Below, piece after piece: positions 12,869-21,005 of a stretch of DNA of 43,427 bases. Positions within the stretch are counted from its first letter, which is position 1; every line of letters starts with the position of its first letter. This DNA comes from Gammaproteobacteria bacterium (GTDB taxonomy: Bacteria; Pseudomonadota; Gammaproteobacteria; UBA9214): contig QIFB01000203.1 in assembly GCA_003230545.1 (NCBI GenBank), positions 1 through 43,427 of the forward strand, in the 5' to 3' direction. The notes under the pieces are model-generated. The model was not told where the DNA came from. It did not search any database and saw nothing but the letters and a program-made list of their open reading frames with translations. The position numbers and the translations under genes are program-made.

Positions 12869-15673
12869 ATGGCAGTGACACACAGACAGCTCTCCATATT
12901 CGGGACACCTGCCGTTCAGGAGCAACCCGACTTGCAAGATGAATCGACCGTGTCTGAAGTCCGCGGTGAACAGGTCGAGCTGATCTATACACAGGCACCG
13001 GTGGCACTCGGTTCTGCACTGGTTGTCGCCCTGCTGGTCACTGCCGGTTTGTGGAATGTGGCGGCCCACCTGCCGTTGCTGGTCTGGCTGGGGATTCAAT
13101 GCGCACAAACTGCCTTGCGTACGGTGCTGATCCTGCTGTACCGGCGCACGGACCCCGCGCGCCGCAGGTCAAACCCGCACTGGGCACACTGGTACCTTGC
13201 CGGTACGCTGGTCTCCGGCACCATCTGGGGTTGTCTCGGACTGTATCTGGATTTCACCTGGCCGATTGAGTACCAGCTCCTGATCCTGATGGGACTTGCC
13301 GGTATCATTGCCGGAGCCATTTCGTCCTATGCGGCAAACATGCCGGTGTATGTTGCCTTCCTGTTCCCGGCAATCATCATCCCGTCACAGTCATTGCTGG
13401 CCCAGTCCAGCCAGACGGCTAATGCAATTGGGTTGATGCTGATGGTTTTCTCGGGGGCACTGCTGGTCATTGCGCATAACTACAATCGGAGCATCTACCG
13501 ATCATTGTTGCTGCGGCACGAAAATACCGGGCTGGTTCGCCAGATGTTTGCGGCCAATGCATCGCTGGAGACCGAGATCCGGGAACGTCAACAGGCGGAA
13601 TACGAACTCAGCCGCGACCGCAGGCTGTTCACCCATGGGCCGGTAACGGTGTTTCGCTGGCGCGCCGAGAGCGGTTGGCCCATCGAGTATGCGTCGAAGA
13701 CGGTTGCACAATTTGGATTTGACGATGAAGAACTGGTCAGAAACCGGACAATGTTTGCCGACATGATCGTTTCGACCGATCTCAAGCGGGTTGAAGAGGC
13801 GAAATTCCACGATCCTGACGGTCGCTATAAAACCGCCGGGATCGATTACCGGATTGTCAGGCCGGATGGCGATATCCGGTGGGTGTATGACTATACGATT
13901 CCCGTGCGCAACAGGAACGGCGAGCTAACCCACTATACGGGCTATCTGCTTGACATTACCGATCGCAAGCAGACTGAATCCGACCTGTTTCGTGAGAAAG
14001 AGCGCGCGCAGATTACCCTGCATTCGATTGTGGATGCCGTTATTACCACCGATGTTAACGGCCAGATTGAGTATCTCAACCCGGCGGCCGAGGAGCTGAC
14101 TGGCTGGGACAGCGATATTGCACGTGGTCTTCCATTGAGCCGGGTCTTCAGCCTGTTTGATGACGACAGCAGGGGTTCAATCGAGGAACCGGTCAGACAG
14201 ACATTGCAATCCGGAAAGCCATTCACATCTACGCATGACTGCAACCTCAACAGGAATGACGGCAGCCGCCTTTCGGTCCAGTACTCAACATCACCCATCA
14301 TGAGTGCCGGTAATGCGCCGCTTGGTGTGGTGCTGGTGTTCCACGATGTTACCGAGAATCGCAGCATGGCACGGAAGCTCGACTACCAGGCAGCGCACGA
14401 TTCGTTAACGGGACTGATCAACCGTGCAGAATTCGAGAAGCGGCTGGAATTTGCGCTGGACTCGGTGCGCAGTGAAGATACACACCATGTCATGTGTTTC
14501 ATGGACATAGACCAGTTCAAGCTGGTGAATGATACCTGCTGCCATACAGCAGGTGACTCGCTGCTCAAGGATATTGCCGGTCTGTTGCGGAGTTGTCTGC
14601 GTGAATCGGATGTCCTCGCGCGGCTGGGTGGCGACGAGTTCGGTGTACTGTTGAAAAACTGTACGCTGGGTGGTGCAGAAGAGATCGCCGCGAACATGCT
14701 GTCGACGATCAAGGCAACACCGTTCGAAAGCTGTGAACGGACATTTGAAATTGGCGCCAGTATCGGTATTGCAAAAATTGATGCCGGTACGAGCAGTGTG
14801 AACGAGGTGATGAAAGCTGCCGATCTTGCCTGTTACGCCGCCAAGGACGCCGGCAGGGGCGGTGTCCATGTATTCCAGGACAGTGACACGGAACTCGCCC
14901 GCCGGCATGATGAGATGCAATGGGTGTCGCGCCTGAAAGATGCAATCAATGAAGACCGCCTGGTGCTGTATTACCAGGATATTGTCCCGGTATCACCGGG
15001 TATGACCGGGGCGCGCCATTTCGAAGTGCTGGTGCGAATGCAGGATGAAGCAGGCTCACTGGTCATGCCGGACAGGTTCCTGCCGGCCGCGGAGAGCTAT
15101 AACATGATCACCGCGGTGGACCGCTGGGTGGTCGAGCGCAGCTTTGCATGGTTTTCCGGTCGTAACGAGAACCTGTTGATGTCGATCAACCTGTCCGGGA
15201 AATCAGTTACTGACCCTGCTTTTCTTGAATTTATCCAGGACAAGCTGGTTGAATACCGGATCAATCCGGCAGATATTTGCTTTGAGATCACAGAAACGGC
15301 TGCGGTTGCCAACCTGGACATGGCGGCCGGGTTCATGCGTGAATTGCGCAAACTGGGTTGCCGTTTCGCGCTGGATGATTTCGGCAGTGGCCTGAGTTCA
15401 TTCGCCTATCTTCGCAATTTGCCGGTCAACTATCTGAAGATCGATGGCAGTTTTGTTCGTAATATCGATACTGACAAGGTGAATGCCGGGATGGTTAATG
15501 CGATCAACCAGTTGGGTGTTGTCATGGATATCAGAACGATCGCCGAGTTCGTGGAAAATGATGACATCATGAACAAGCTCGCTGACATCGGCGTCGACTA
15601 TGCGCAGGGTTACGGTGTTGCACGTCCGGCGCCGCTGGCAGACATGGATCGCGGTGTCCACCGGACCGCTTGA
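12869..15673 (+). CDS. Multi-TM sensor with PAS domains, GGDEF diguanylate cyclase and EAL phosphodiesterase domains (c-di-GMP turnover)
   Basis: 934 aa. The N-terminal ~200 aa contain several hydrophobic helices, followed by PAS-like segments. GGDEF motif RLGGDEFGVLL is present. The EAL domain shows FEVLVRM, ...FEITE..., DDFGSG and KIDGSF. Confidence 0.92.
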   Translation: MAVTHRQLSIFGTPAVQEQPDLQDESTVSEVRGEQVELIYTQAPVALGSALVVALLVTAGLWNVAAHLPLLVWLGIQCAQTALRTVLILLYRRTDPARRRSNPHWAHWYLAGTLVSGTIWGCLGLYLDFTWPIEYQLLILMGLAGIIAGAISSYAANMPVYVAFLFPAIIIPSQSLLAQSSQTANAIGLMLMVFSGALLVIAHNYNRSIYRSLLLRHENTGLVRQMFAANASLETEIRERQQAEYELSRDRRLFTHGPVTVFRWRAESGWPIEYASKTVAQFGFDDEELVRNRTMFADMIVSTDLKRVEEAKFHDPDGRYKTAGIDYRIVRPDGDIRWVYDYTIPVRNRNGELTHYTGYLLDITDRKQTESDLFREKERAQITLHSIVDAVITTDVNGQIEYLNPAAEELTGWDSDIARGLPLSRVFSLFDDDSRGSIEEPVRQTLQSGKPFTSTHDCNLNRNDGSRLSVQYSTSPIMSAGNAPLGVVLVFHDVTENRSMARKLDYQAAHDSLTGLINRAEFEKRLEFALDSVRSEDTHHVMCFMDIDQFKLVNDTCCHTAGDSLLKDIAGLLRSCLRESDVLARLGGDEFGVLLKNCTLGGAEEIAANMLSTIKATPFESCERTFEIGASIGIAKIDAGTSSVNEVMKAADLACYAAKDAGRGGVHVFQDSDTELARRHDEMQWVSRLKDAINEDRLVLYYQDIVPVSPGMTGARHFEVLVRMQDEAGSLVMPDRFLPAAESYNMITAVDRWVVERSFAWFSGRNENLLMSINLSGKSVTDPAFLEFIQDKLVEYRINPADICFEITETAAVANLDMAAGFMRELRKLGCRFALDDFGSGLSSFAYLRNLPVNYLKIDGSFVRNIDTDKVNAGMVNAINQLGVVMDIRTIAEFVENDDIMNKLADIGVDYAQGYGVARPAPLADMDRGVHRTA

Positions 15674-15736
15674 AGCCGGTGGTCTGCCATCAGTATCTTC
15701 GCATCACGGTCGTGTCACTAACTGCCTCCGGCTATT

Positions 15737-16747
15737 TCAGACCGCCAGTGCCGGTTCATTCATCAGGCTGGCCTGTTCCCGCAGCGCAAGGATGTGATCT
15801 TCCCAGTAACGTGGTGTATTGAACCACGGAAACGCCTGCGGAAAGGCAGGGTCCTCCCAGCGCCGTGCCAGCCAGGCCGCATAGTGAATCATGCGCAGGG
15901 TGCGCAGTGCCTCGATCAGCTGCAGCTCCCGGTAATCGAATTCGTTGAATTGCAGGTAGCCTTCGAGCAGTTCGGACAGCTGCAGCTGCATGTCATGACG
16001 TTCTCCCGATATCAGCATCCACAGGTCCTGCACGGCCGGTCCCGTGCGGCAGTCGTCCAGGTCGACGAAATGCGGGCCCTGTTCCGTCCACAGGATATTA
16101 CCGGGATGGCAATCACCGTGGAGGCGGATGCGTCTCACGTCACCGGCCATGTCGTAACAGCGCCCGACCTGACCGAGCAGGTCATCGGTGAGCGACCGGT
16201 AGGCCGTCTCGATATGGGCCGGGAGAAAACCCTGCTCCAGCAGAAATCGTGATGACTGGTGGCCGAAGCTGTCAATGTCGAGGACCGGGCGGTGTTCGAA
16301 TGGACGGCTGGCGCCAACGGCGTGGATACGTGCAATAAAGCGCCCCATCCACAGGCGGTCATCCCGGTGGTTCAGTTCCGGCCAGTGGCCTCCCTGGCGT
16401 TGATAGAGGGCGTAGCGATAATCGGCATGGCTGTGGAGTGTTGCAGTTTCGATCACCAGCGGTGCGATCACCGGGATTTCCCGGTCGGCCAGCTCCAGTG
16501 CATACGCGTGCTCCTCGAGGATGGCCGCATCCGTCCACCGGTTTGGCCGGTAGAACTTTGCGATCAGCGGATTTCCATCTTCCAGTCCCACCTGGTAGAC
16601 CCGGTTTTCATAACTGTTGAGTGCGAGGAATTGCCCGTTGGTCCGGTACCCGCAGCAGTCGACTGCTGCCAGCAGGACATCCGGGGTCAGTGCTGCATAG
16701 TCCGGTGCCGGTCCGGTATCATCAACGCGGTCAGTCACGGGGTGCAA
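15737..16747 (-). CDS. srkA: Stress-response Ser/Thr protein kinase SrkA (YihE/RdoA family)
   Basis: 336 aa, closely co-linear with the E. coli YihE pattern: LNSYENRVYQV, KFYRPNRW, LHGDCHPGNILW, FVDLDDCRTGPAVQDLWML, AWLARRWEDPAFPQAFPWF. Confidence 0.9.
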   Translation of the reverse strand: MHPVTDRVDDTGPAPDYAALTPDVLLAAVDCCGYRTNGQFLALNSYENRVYQVGLEDGNPLIAKFYRPNRWTDAAILEEHAYALELADREIPVIAPLVIETATLHSHADYRYALYQRQGGHWPELNHRDDRLWMGRFIARIHAVGASRPFEHRPVLDIDSFGHQSSRFLLEQGFLPAHIETAYRSLTDDLLGQVGRCYDMAGDVRRIRLHGDCHPGNILWTEQGPHFVDLDDCRTGPAVQDLWMLISGERHDMQLQLSELLEGYLQFNEFDYRELQLIEALRTLRMIHYAAWLARRWEDPAFPQAFPWFNTPRYWEDHILALREQASLMNEPALAV

Positions 16748-16752
16748 GCCGG

Positions 16753-17391
16753 TTACTGCGCCGGGGTGCCTTGCGGATTGTAGATATACGTTTTCACCTG
16801 GCCAAGATGTTCATAGTGCTCACTTCCCTCCCTGACCGCCAGCTGGCACGGGAACTCTATGTCTACATATGCCGGCTCCGTCATCAGCAGGTATTCATCG
16901 GCAGCCGCAGAATTTTTCAGCAAGCGGTGAACCAGGATCACATCCGTGCCCGAGAGTTCGTTGAATTGCTGGATCCGGTAAAATAATGCCTCGCCGCTGT
17001 GGACGATTATCTTGAGTTTCAGCACGTGCAGGTTGCTGCAGGCACTGCATGGACAGGATGCATGTTTTCCCAGTTCCTGCAGTGTTGCATGGAAGGCTTC
17101 AAAGAACAGAATGAGTTTTTCCCCGATCAGCTTGCGGATCTCCTCCCAGGAGATGTCATCGCTGTCTTTCTTTGCATAAAGAAAGATTGCATCGCCTTCG
17201 AGCTTGGATACCTCCAGCGGGATTTCAACCTGCCGGATGATCGTCTGGATCAGCTCGCTGATGACATGCTGGCTATGCTCGACCTCCTTGTCACCGGAAA
17301 CCATGAATTTTGTGTATCCGCTAATGTCAGCAATCATCAGCAGTACCCGGTGTGTGGCCTGGTCATTCATAGGTACTTGTCCTGGCAGCAA
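16753..17391 (-). CDS. DUF2652-like protein (nucleotidyl-cyclase-like fold)
   Basis: 212 aa. The N-terminal LLMIADISGYTKFM motif is characteristic of DUF2652. Lies 5 nt upstream of srkA on the same strand. The start may instead be the internal Met at 17370. Confidence 0.6.
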   Translation of the reverse strand: MLPGQVPMNDQATHRVLLMIADISGYTKFMVSGDKEVEHSQHVISELIQTIIRQVEIPLEVSKLEGDAIFLYAKKDSDDISWEEIRKLIGEKLILFFEAFHATLQELGKHASCPCSACSNLHVLKLKIIVHSGEALFYRIQQFNELSGTDVILVHRLLKNSAAADEYLLMTEPAYVDIEFPCQLAVREGSEHYEHLGQVKTYIYNPQGTPAQ

Positions 17392-17531
17392 GGCTTGCCA
17401 TAAAAGTATAGCGGTTGTTGCACGTTATGAGTATGCATGATCGCCCCTGATTGACTGGTCACGCGTTATACTTGGCTGTGGTAATCACGGGAATATGGCC
17501 GTGGTGCCGGTTATTATGACGGAAAGGTGAG

Positions 17532-18317
17532 ATGCGGATATTCAAACCATGGTTTGCAGCGATTGCGCTGTTGCTGGTAACCGGCGCCACGCCGGTAATT
17601 GACGGGCTGGTGGCACAGTTACGGATCGACCATGCGGCCCTGGTGGCGGCCGGAAACGATTTCCGCATGCGTCGTGACCGCAACAACCTGGCCGGGGCCG
17701 AGGCCGCCGACTATGCCGCCTATGTCGCCCGGCTGCAGCGGCGTGTAATTGAGGACTGCGTGGCACTGGCCCGTTCCGGTGAAACCTTGCCGGCAGATCT
17801 GCCGTGCCCGGAGACCCTGCCGCCACTGACGCAATCAGCAGACATCGACCAGCAGGCGGAGCAAACCCGGGGTGAACAGGTTGCCGTCCTCGATGCAGAG
17901 CTTGGTACCGGGCTGGGTGAGTATGATGAACGGCTGCTGCGCGAGCAGGAGCGTATCAAGGCGGCCACGCCGCTCCCTGACGAGACCGGCGGCGGCAGTA
18001 GCGGCGGGCAGGGCGACGGCAGCGGTGATGGCGCCGGTGAGGAGGATGCCGACGCAGAAGCAGACGGTGCAGCCAGTGGTGACGCTGCGGGGGAAACGGG
18101 CGGCCAACAGCCGTCACCCGATTCCGCCAGTCGCGGTACCGGTGCCGGTGGCAGGGCACAGCAAACCGGGTCCGGGGCGCCGCCGGACATCCCGGACGGT
18201 AGTGATGATGATGTGGTGGCCCGCCAGCTGCGTGAAGCGGCCGAGAAGGAAACCGATCCCGAGCTGAAGAAGAAGCTCTGGGAGGAGTACCGGAAATACA
18301 AGCAGGGGACCCGCTGA
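17532..18317 (+). CDS. Secreted acidic low-complexity protein (operon gene 1)
   Basis: 261 aa. Signal peptide MRIFKPWFAAIALLLVTGA, a central G/D/S/A/E-rich tract (GGGSSGGQGDGSGDGAGEEDADAEADGAASGD...), and a conserved-looking tail DDDVVARQLREAAEKETDPELKKKLWEEYRKYK. Confidence 0.7.
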   Translation: MRIFKPWFAAIALLLVTGATPVIDGLVAQLRIDHAALVAAGNDFRMRRDRNNLAGAEAADYAAYVARLQRRVIEDCVALARSGETLPADLPCPETLPPLTQSADIDQQAEQTRGEQVAVLDAELGTGLGEYDERLLREQERIKAATPLPDETGGGSSGGQGDGSGDGAGEEDADAEADGAASGDAAGETGGQQPSPDSASRGTGAGGRAQQTGSGAPPDIPDGSDDDVVARQLREAAEKETDPELKKKLWEEYRKYKQGTR

Positions 18318-18327
18318 GCGCGCTGGC

Positions 18328-19521
18328 ATGAAACCGTTTACCCCGCTTCTGCTTGTGCTGCTGTTGCTGATATCCGGCTGCACCACCCTGGGTACGCAGC
18401 GTGATGTCAGCGGGTATGTGCCGCTCAATAGATCGGTCAGCGAGGTCCCCGAAGACCAGCTGCTCGATATCTGGATCGAGGTATTCGACCCGGGGGTACT
18501 GCCGACCGACCCCGAGGATGCTGCAGGGCTGTCCCAGGATATTCGCGAGGCCGAGGCCCGCTACTTGCCCGAGCAGTTGCGCGCTACCATGGAGAAGACC
18601 GGTTACTGGGGTGCGGTGCGCATGGTGCCGCGCGGCACGGAGGGCAGCGAGGTGCTGGTTTCCGGTACCATTCTGGTGTCCGATGGCGAGCAGCTGGAGC
18701 TTGCGATCAGTGCGCAGGATGCCACCGGGCGCCAGTGGTTCAATGCGGTCTATGAGGCCGAGGTGCCTGCCCTGGTGTACCAGTCAACCCGGAGGCGCGG
18801 CGAACCTTTCCAGTCCCTGTATAACGCGATTGCCAATGACCTTGCGAAGTTCCGCAGCTCATTGACGGCCGCGGACATCACGAATATTCGCCGGGTCGCG
18901 GAACTGCGTTTTGCCACCGACCTGGCCCCCGAGGCATTTGCAGGCTACCTCGAACGCAGCGAGTCGGGAGACTATCGCATCGTTCACCTTCCCAGCTATG
19001 ACGACCCGATGTACCGGCGCGTGCAGGCCATCCGTGAACGCGATTTCCTGCTGATCGATACCCTGAACGGGCACTTCGACAATTTCTATCGCGAAATGGA
19101 CAAGCCTTACAGCGAGTGGCGCCGGGCGCGCAGCGAGGAAGCGGCCGCCTTGCGCGCAATCGAAAAGGAGGCCCTGAAGCGCAAGCTGCTCGGGATTGCC
19201 GCAATTGCCGGGGCCATTGCCATCGAGGTATCGGGCAATAGCAGCAATGCCGGTGGGCGCGTGGCGCGTGATGTCCTGGTGCTGGGTGGTGCCTATGCCA
19301 TCAAGACCGGTTTCGACAAGGACTCGGAGACCGAAATTCACCGCGATGCCATCGAGGAGCTGGGCGAATCGTTTGCCTCCGAGGCACAGCCACTGGTGGT
19401 CGAAGTAGAAGGCGAGACCCATGAACTCACGGGTTCGGCAGAGGCGCAGTACTCTCAGTGGCGCGGGCTGCTGAAACAGATCTATACTATCGAAACCGGG
19501 CTTCCCGGTACGGTCAACTGA
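18328..19521 (+). CDS. Hypothetical lipoprotein (operon gene 2)
   Basis: 397 aa. Lipobox in MKPFTPLLLVLLLLISGCTT. Starts 10 nt after gene 1. A hydrophobic segment (LLGIAAIAGAIAIEV) lies near the C-terminal third. Confidence 0.7.
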   Translation: MKPFTPLLLVLLLLISGCTTLGTQRDVSGYVPLNRSVSEVPEDQLLDIWIEVFDPGVLPTDPEDAAGLSQDIREAEARYLPEQLRATMEKTGYWGAVRMVPRGTEGSEVLVSGTILVSDGEQLELAISAQDATGRQWFNAVYEAEVPALVYQSTRRRGEPFQSLYNAIANDLAKFRSSLTAADITNIRRVAELRFATDLAPEAFAGYLERSESGDYRIVHLPSYDDPMYRRVQAIRERDFLLIDTLNGHFDNFYREMDKPYSEWRRARSEEAAALRAIEKEALKRKLLGIAAIAGAIAIEVSGNSSNAGGRVARDVLVLGGAYAIKTGFDKDSETEIHRDAIEELGESFASEAQPLVVEVEGETHELTGSAEAQYSQWRGLLKQIYTIETGLPGTVN

Positions 19522-19529
19522 GGTCATGC

Positions 19530-21005
19530 ATGGATCCCGGTGAGCAGCCCGGCACCCGTCATACGCTCCCTGATCTCCGGCCGCCCGGCACCGCGAATGA
19601 TCCGGCGGCCGCCGCGACCGGCAACCACGGCAAGGTCTGGCTGGCGCTGGCGGTTATGTTCGCACTTGGCCTGGTCGTCGTGCTGATGCTGCCGCAACTG
19701 GTATCCAAGCCGACCCCGGTAACCCCTGAACAGATAACCCCCCAACCGGTAACCCCGGCAGCGCCAGCGGTGGATACGCAGGCAGCACGTCGTGCCGCCG
19801 AGCAGGCCCTGCAGGACTATTTGCAGTTGCGTGCACGGCTGGAACTCGCCAATGCCGCGGCCTGGGGCGAACCGGAATGGGAAATTGCCGCGCAGGCGGC
19901 ATCCAACGGTGACCGCCTGTTCGGGCAGCGGCAGTTTGGGTTGGCCGCGGAGTCCTATGGCGCAGCGCGGCAGGGTCTGCAGACCCTGGAGTCTGTACGC
20001 GGGCAGCGGCTTGCCACGGCGCTGGAGTCCGGCCGGCAGGCGCTGGCCGCGGACAATGGCCCGGAGGCAGTACAGCACTTCGAATTGGCGCTGGCCATCG
20101 ATGCCGCCAATGAAGCCGCACAGGCCGGCTTGCAACGCGCACAGGTGCGCCCGCAACTGCTGCAGTTGATGGCTAGCGGTGAGCAGGCCGAGTCTGCCAA
20201 TGAGCTTGCCACCGCACAGACGGCCTACCGGGATGCCGCACAGCTGGATCCGTCCTGGGCCCCGGCGACAGCTGCATTGCAGCGCGTGACGAAGCAGCTT
20301 ACTGACAGCGCCTACCGGGACGCCATGAGCCGGGCACTCACGGCACTGGATGCGGGACAGCTGCAGGCGGCCCGTGCGGCATTACGCGAGGCGGCTACCC
20401 TGAAACCCGATGATGCGGCGCTGCGGGATGCCCAACGGCAGCTGTCACACGCAAGTCAGCGGGCGCAGCTGTCCAGCCTGCAACGGCAGGCCGGCGCAAA
20501 ATCCCGGGTCGAGGACTGGTCTGCCGCAACGGCACTGTACCGGAAGGCACTGGTCATTGATGCGCAAGCCGGTTTTGCCAGTGACGGCCTGGCACACGCG
20601 CAGGACCGCCTGCGCCTGCATCAGCAACTGGATCGCTACCTGGCCGACCCGGCCCGGGTTTATTCCGAAAAACCGCTGGCCAACGCGGAACGGTTACTTG
20701 AATCTGCCGGCAGTGCACCGGCCGCGGAGCCCCGGCTGGCTGGCAAGATCGACCGGCTGGAGCAACTGGTATCCGGAGCCCGCACCCCGTTGCCGGTCAC
20801 ACTGACTTCGGATGGCCTGACCAGCGTGGTGATCTACCACGTGGGCCGGCTCGGGAAATTTACCCGCCAGCAGCTGGAGCTGCGGCCGGGAACCTACACG
20901 GCGATCGGGTCCCGGGCCGGGTACCGCGATGTGCGTCGTACCTTTACCGTGCTGCCCGGCCGCGACCAACCGGTAGTGGATATTCGCTGCGAGGAACCGA
21001 TTTGA
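19530..21005 (+). CDS. Membrane-anchored TPR-like (Ala/Gln-rich helical repeat) protein with a C-terminal PEGA-like beta domain (operon gene 3)
   Basis: ORF 19458..21005, with start set at ATG 19530 (MDPGEQ...), 8 nt after the gene 2 stop. TM helix VWLALAVMFALGLVVVLMLPQLV. Repeated A-x-x-A-L/Y helical pairs. C-terminal segment ELRPGTYTAIGSRAGYRDVRRTFTV resembles PEGA. Confidence 0.7.
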   Translation: MDPGEQPGTRHTLPDLRPPGTANDPAAAATGNHGKVWLALAVMFALGLVVVLMLPQLVSKPTPVTPEQITPQPVTPAAPAVDTQAARRAAEQALQDYLQLRARLELANAAAWGEPEWEIAAQAASNGDRLFGQRQFGLAAESYGAARQGLQTLESVRGQRLATALESGRQALAADNGPEAVQHFELALAIDAANEAAQAGLQRAQVRPQLLQLMASGEQAESANELATAQTAYRDAAQLDPSWAPATAALQRVTKQLTDSAYRDAMSRALTALDAGQLQAARAALREAATLKPDDAALRDAQRQLSHASQRAQLSSLQRQAGAKSRVEDWSAATALYRKALVIDAQAGFASDGLAHAQDRLRLHQQLDRYLADPARVYSEKPLANAERLLESAGSAPAAEPRLAGKIDRLEQLVSGARTPLPVTLTSDGLTSVVIYHVGRLGKFTRQQLELRPGTYTAIGSRAGYRDVRRTFTVLPGRDQPVVDIRCEEPI

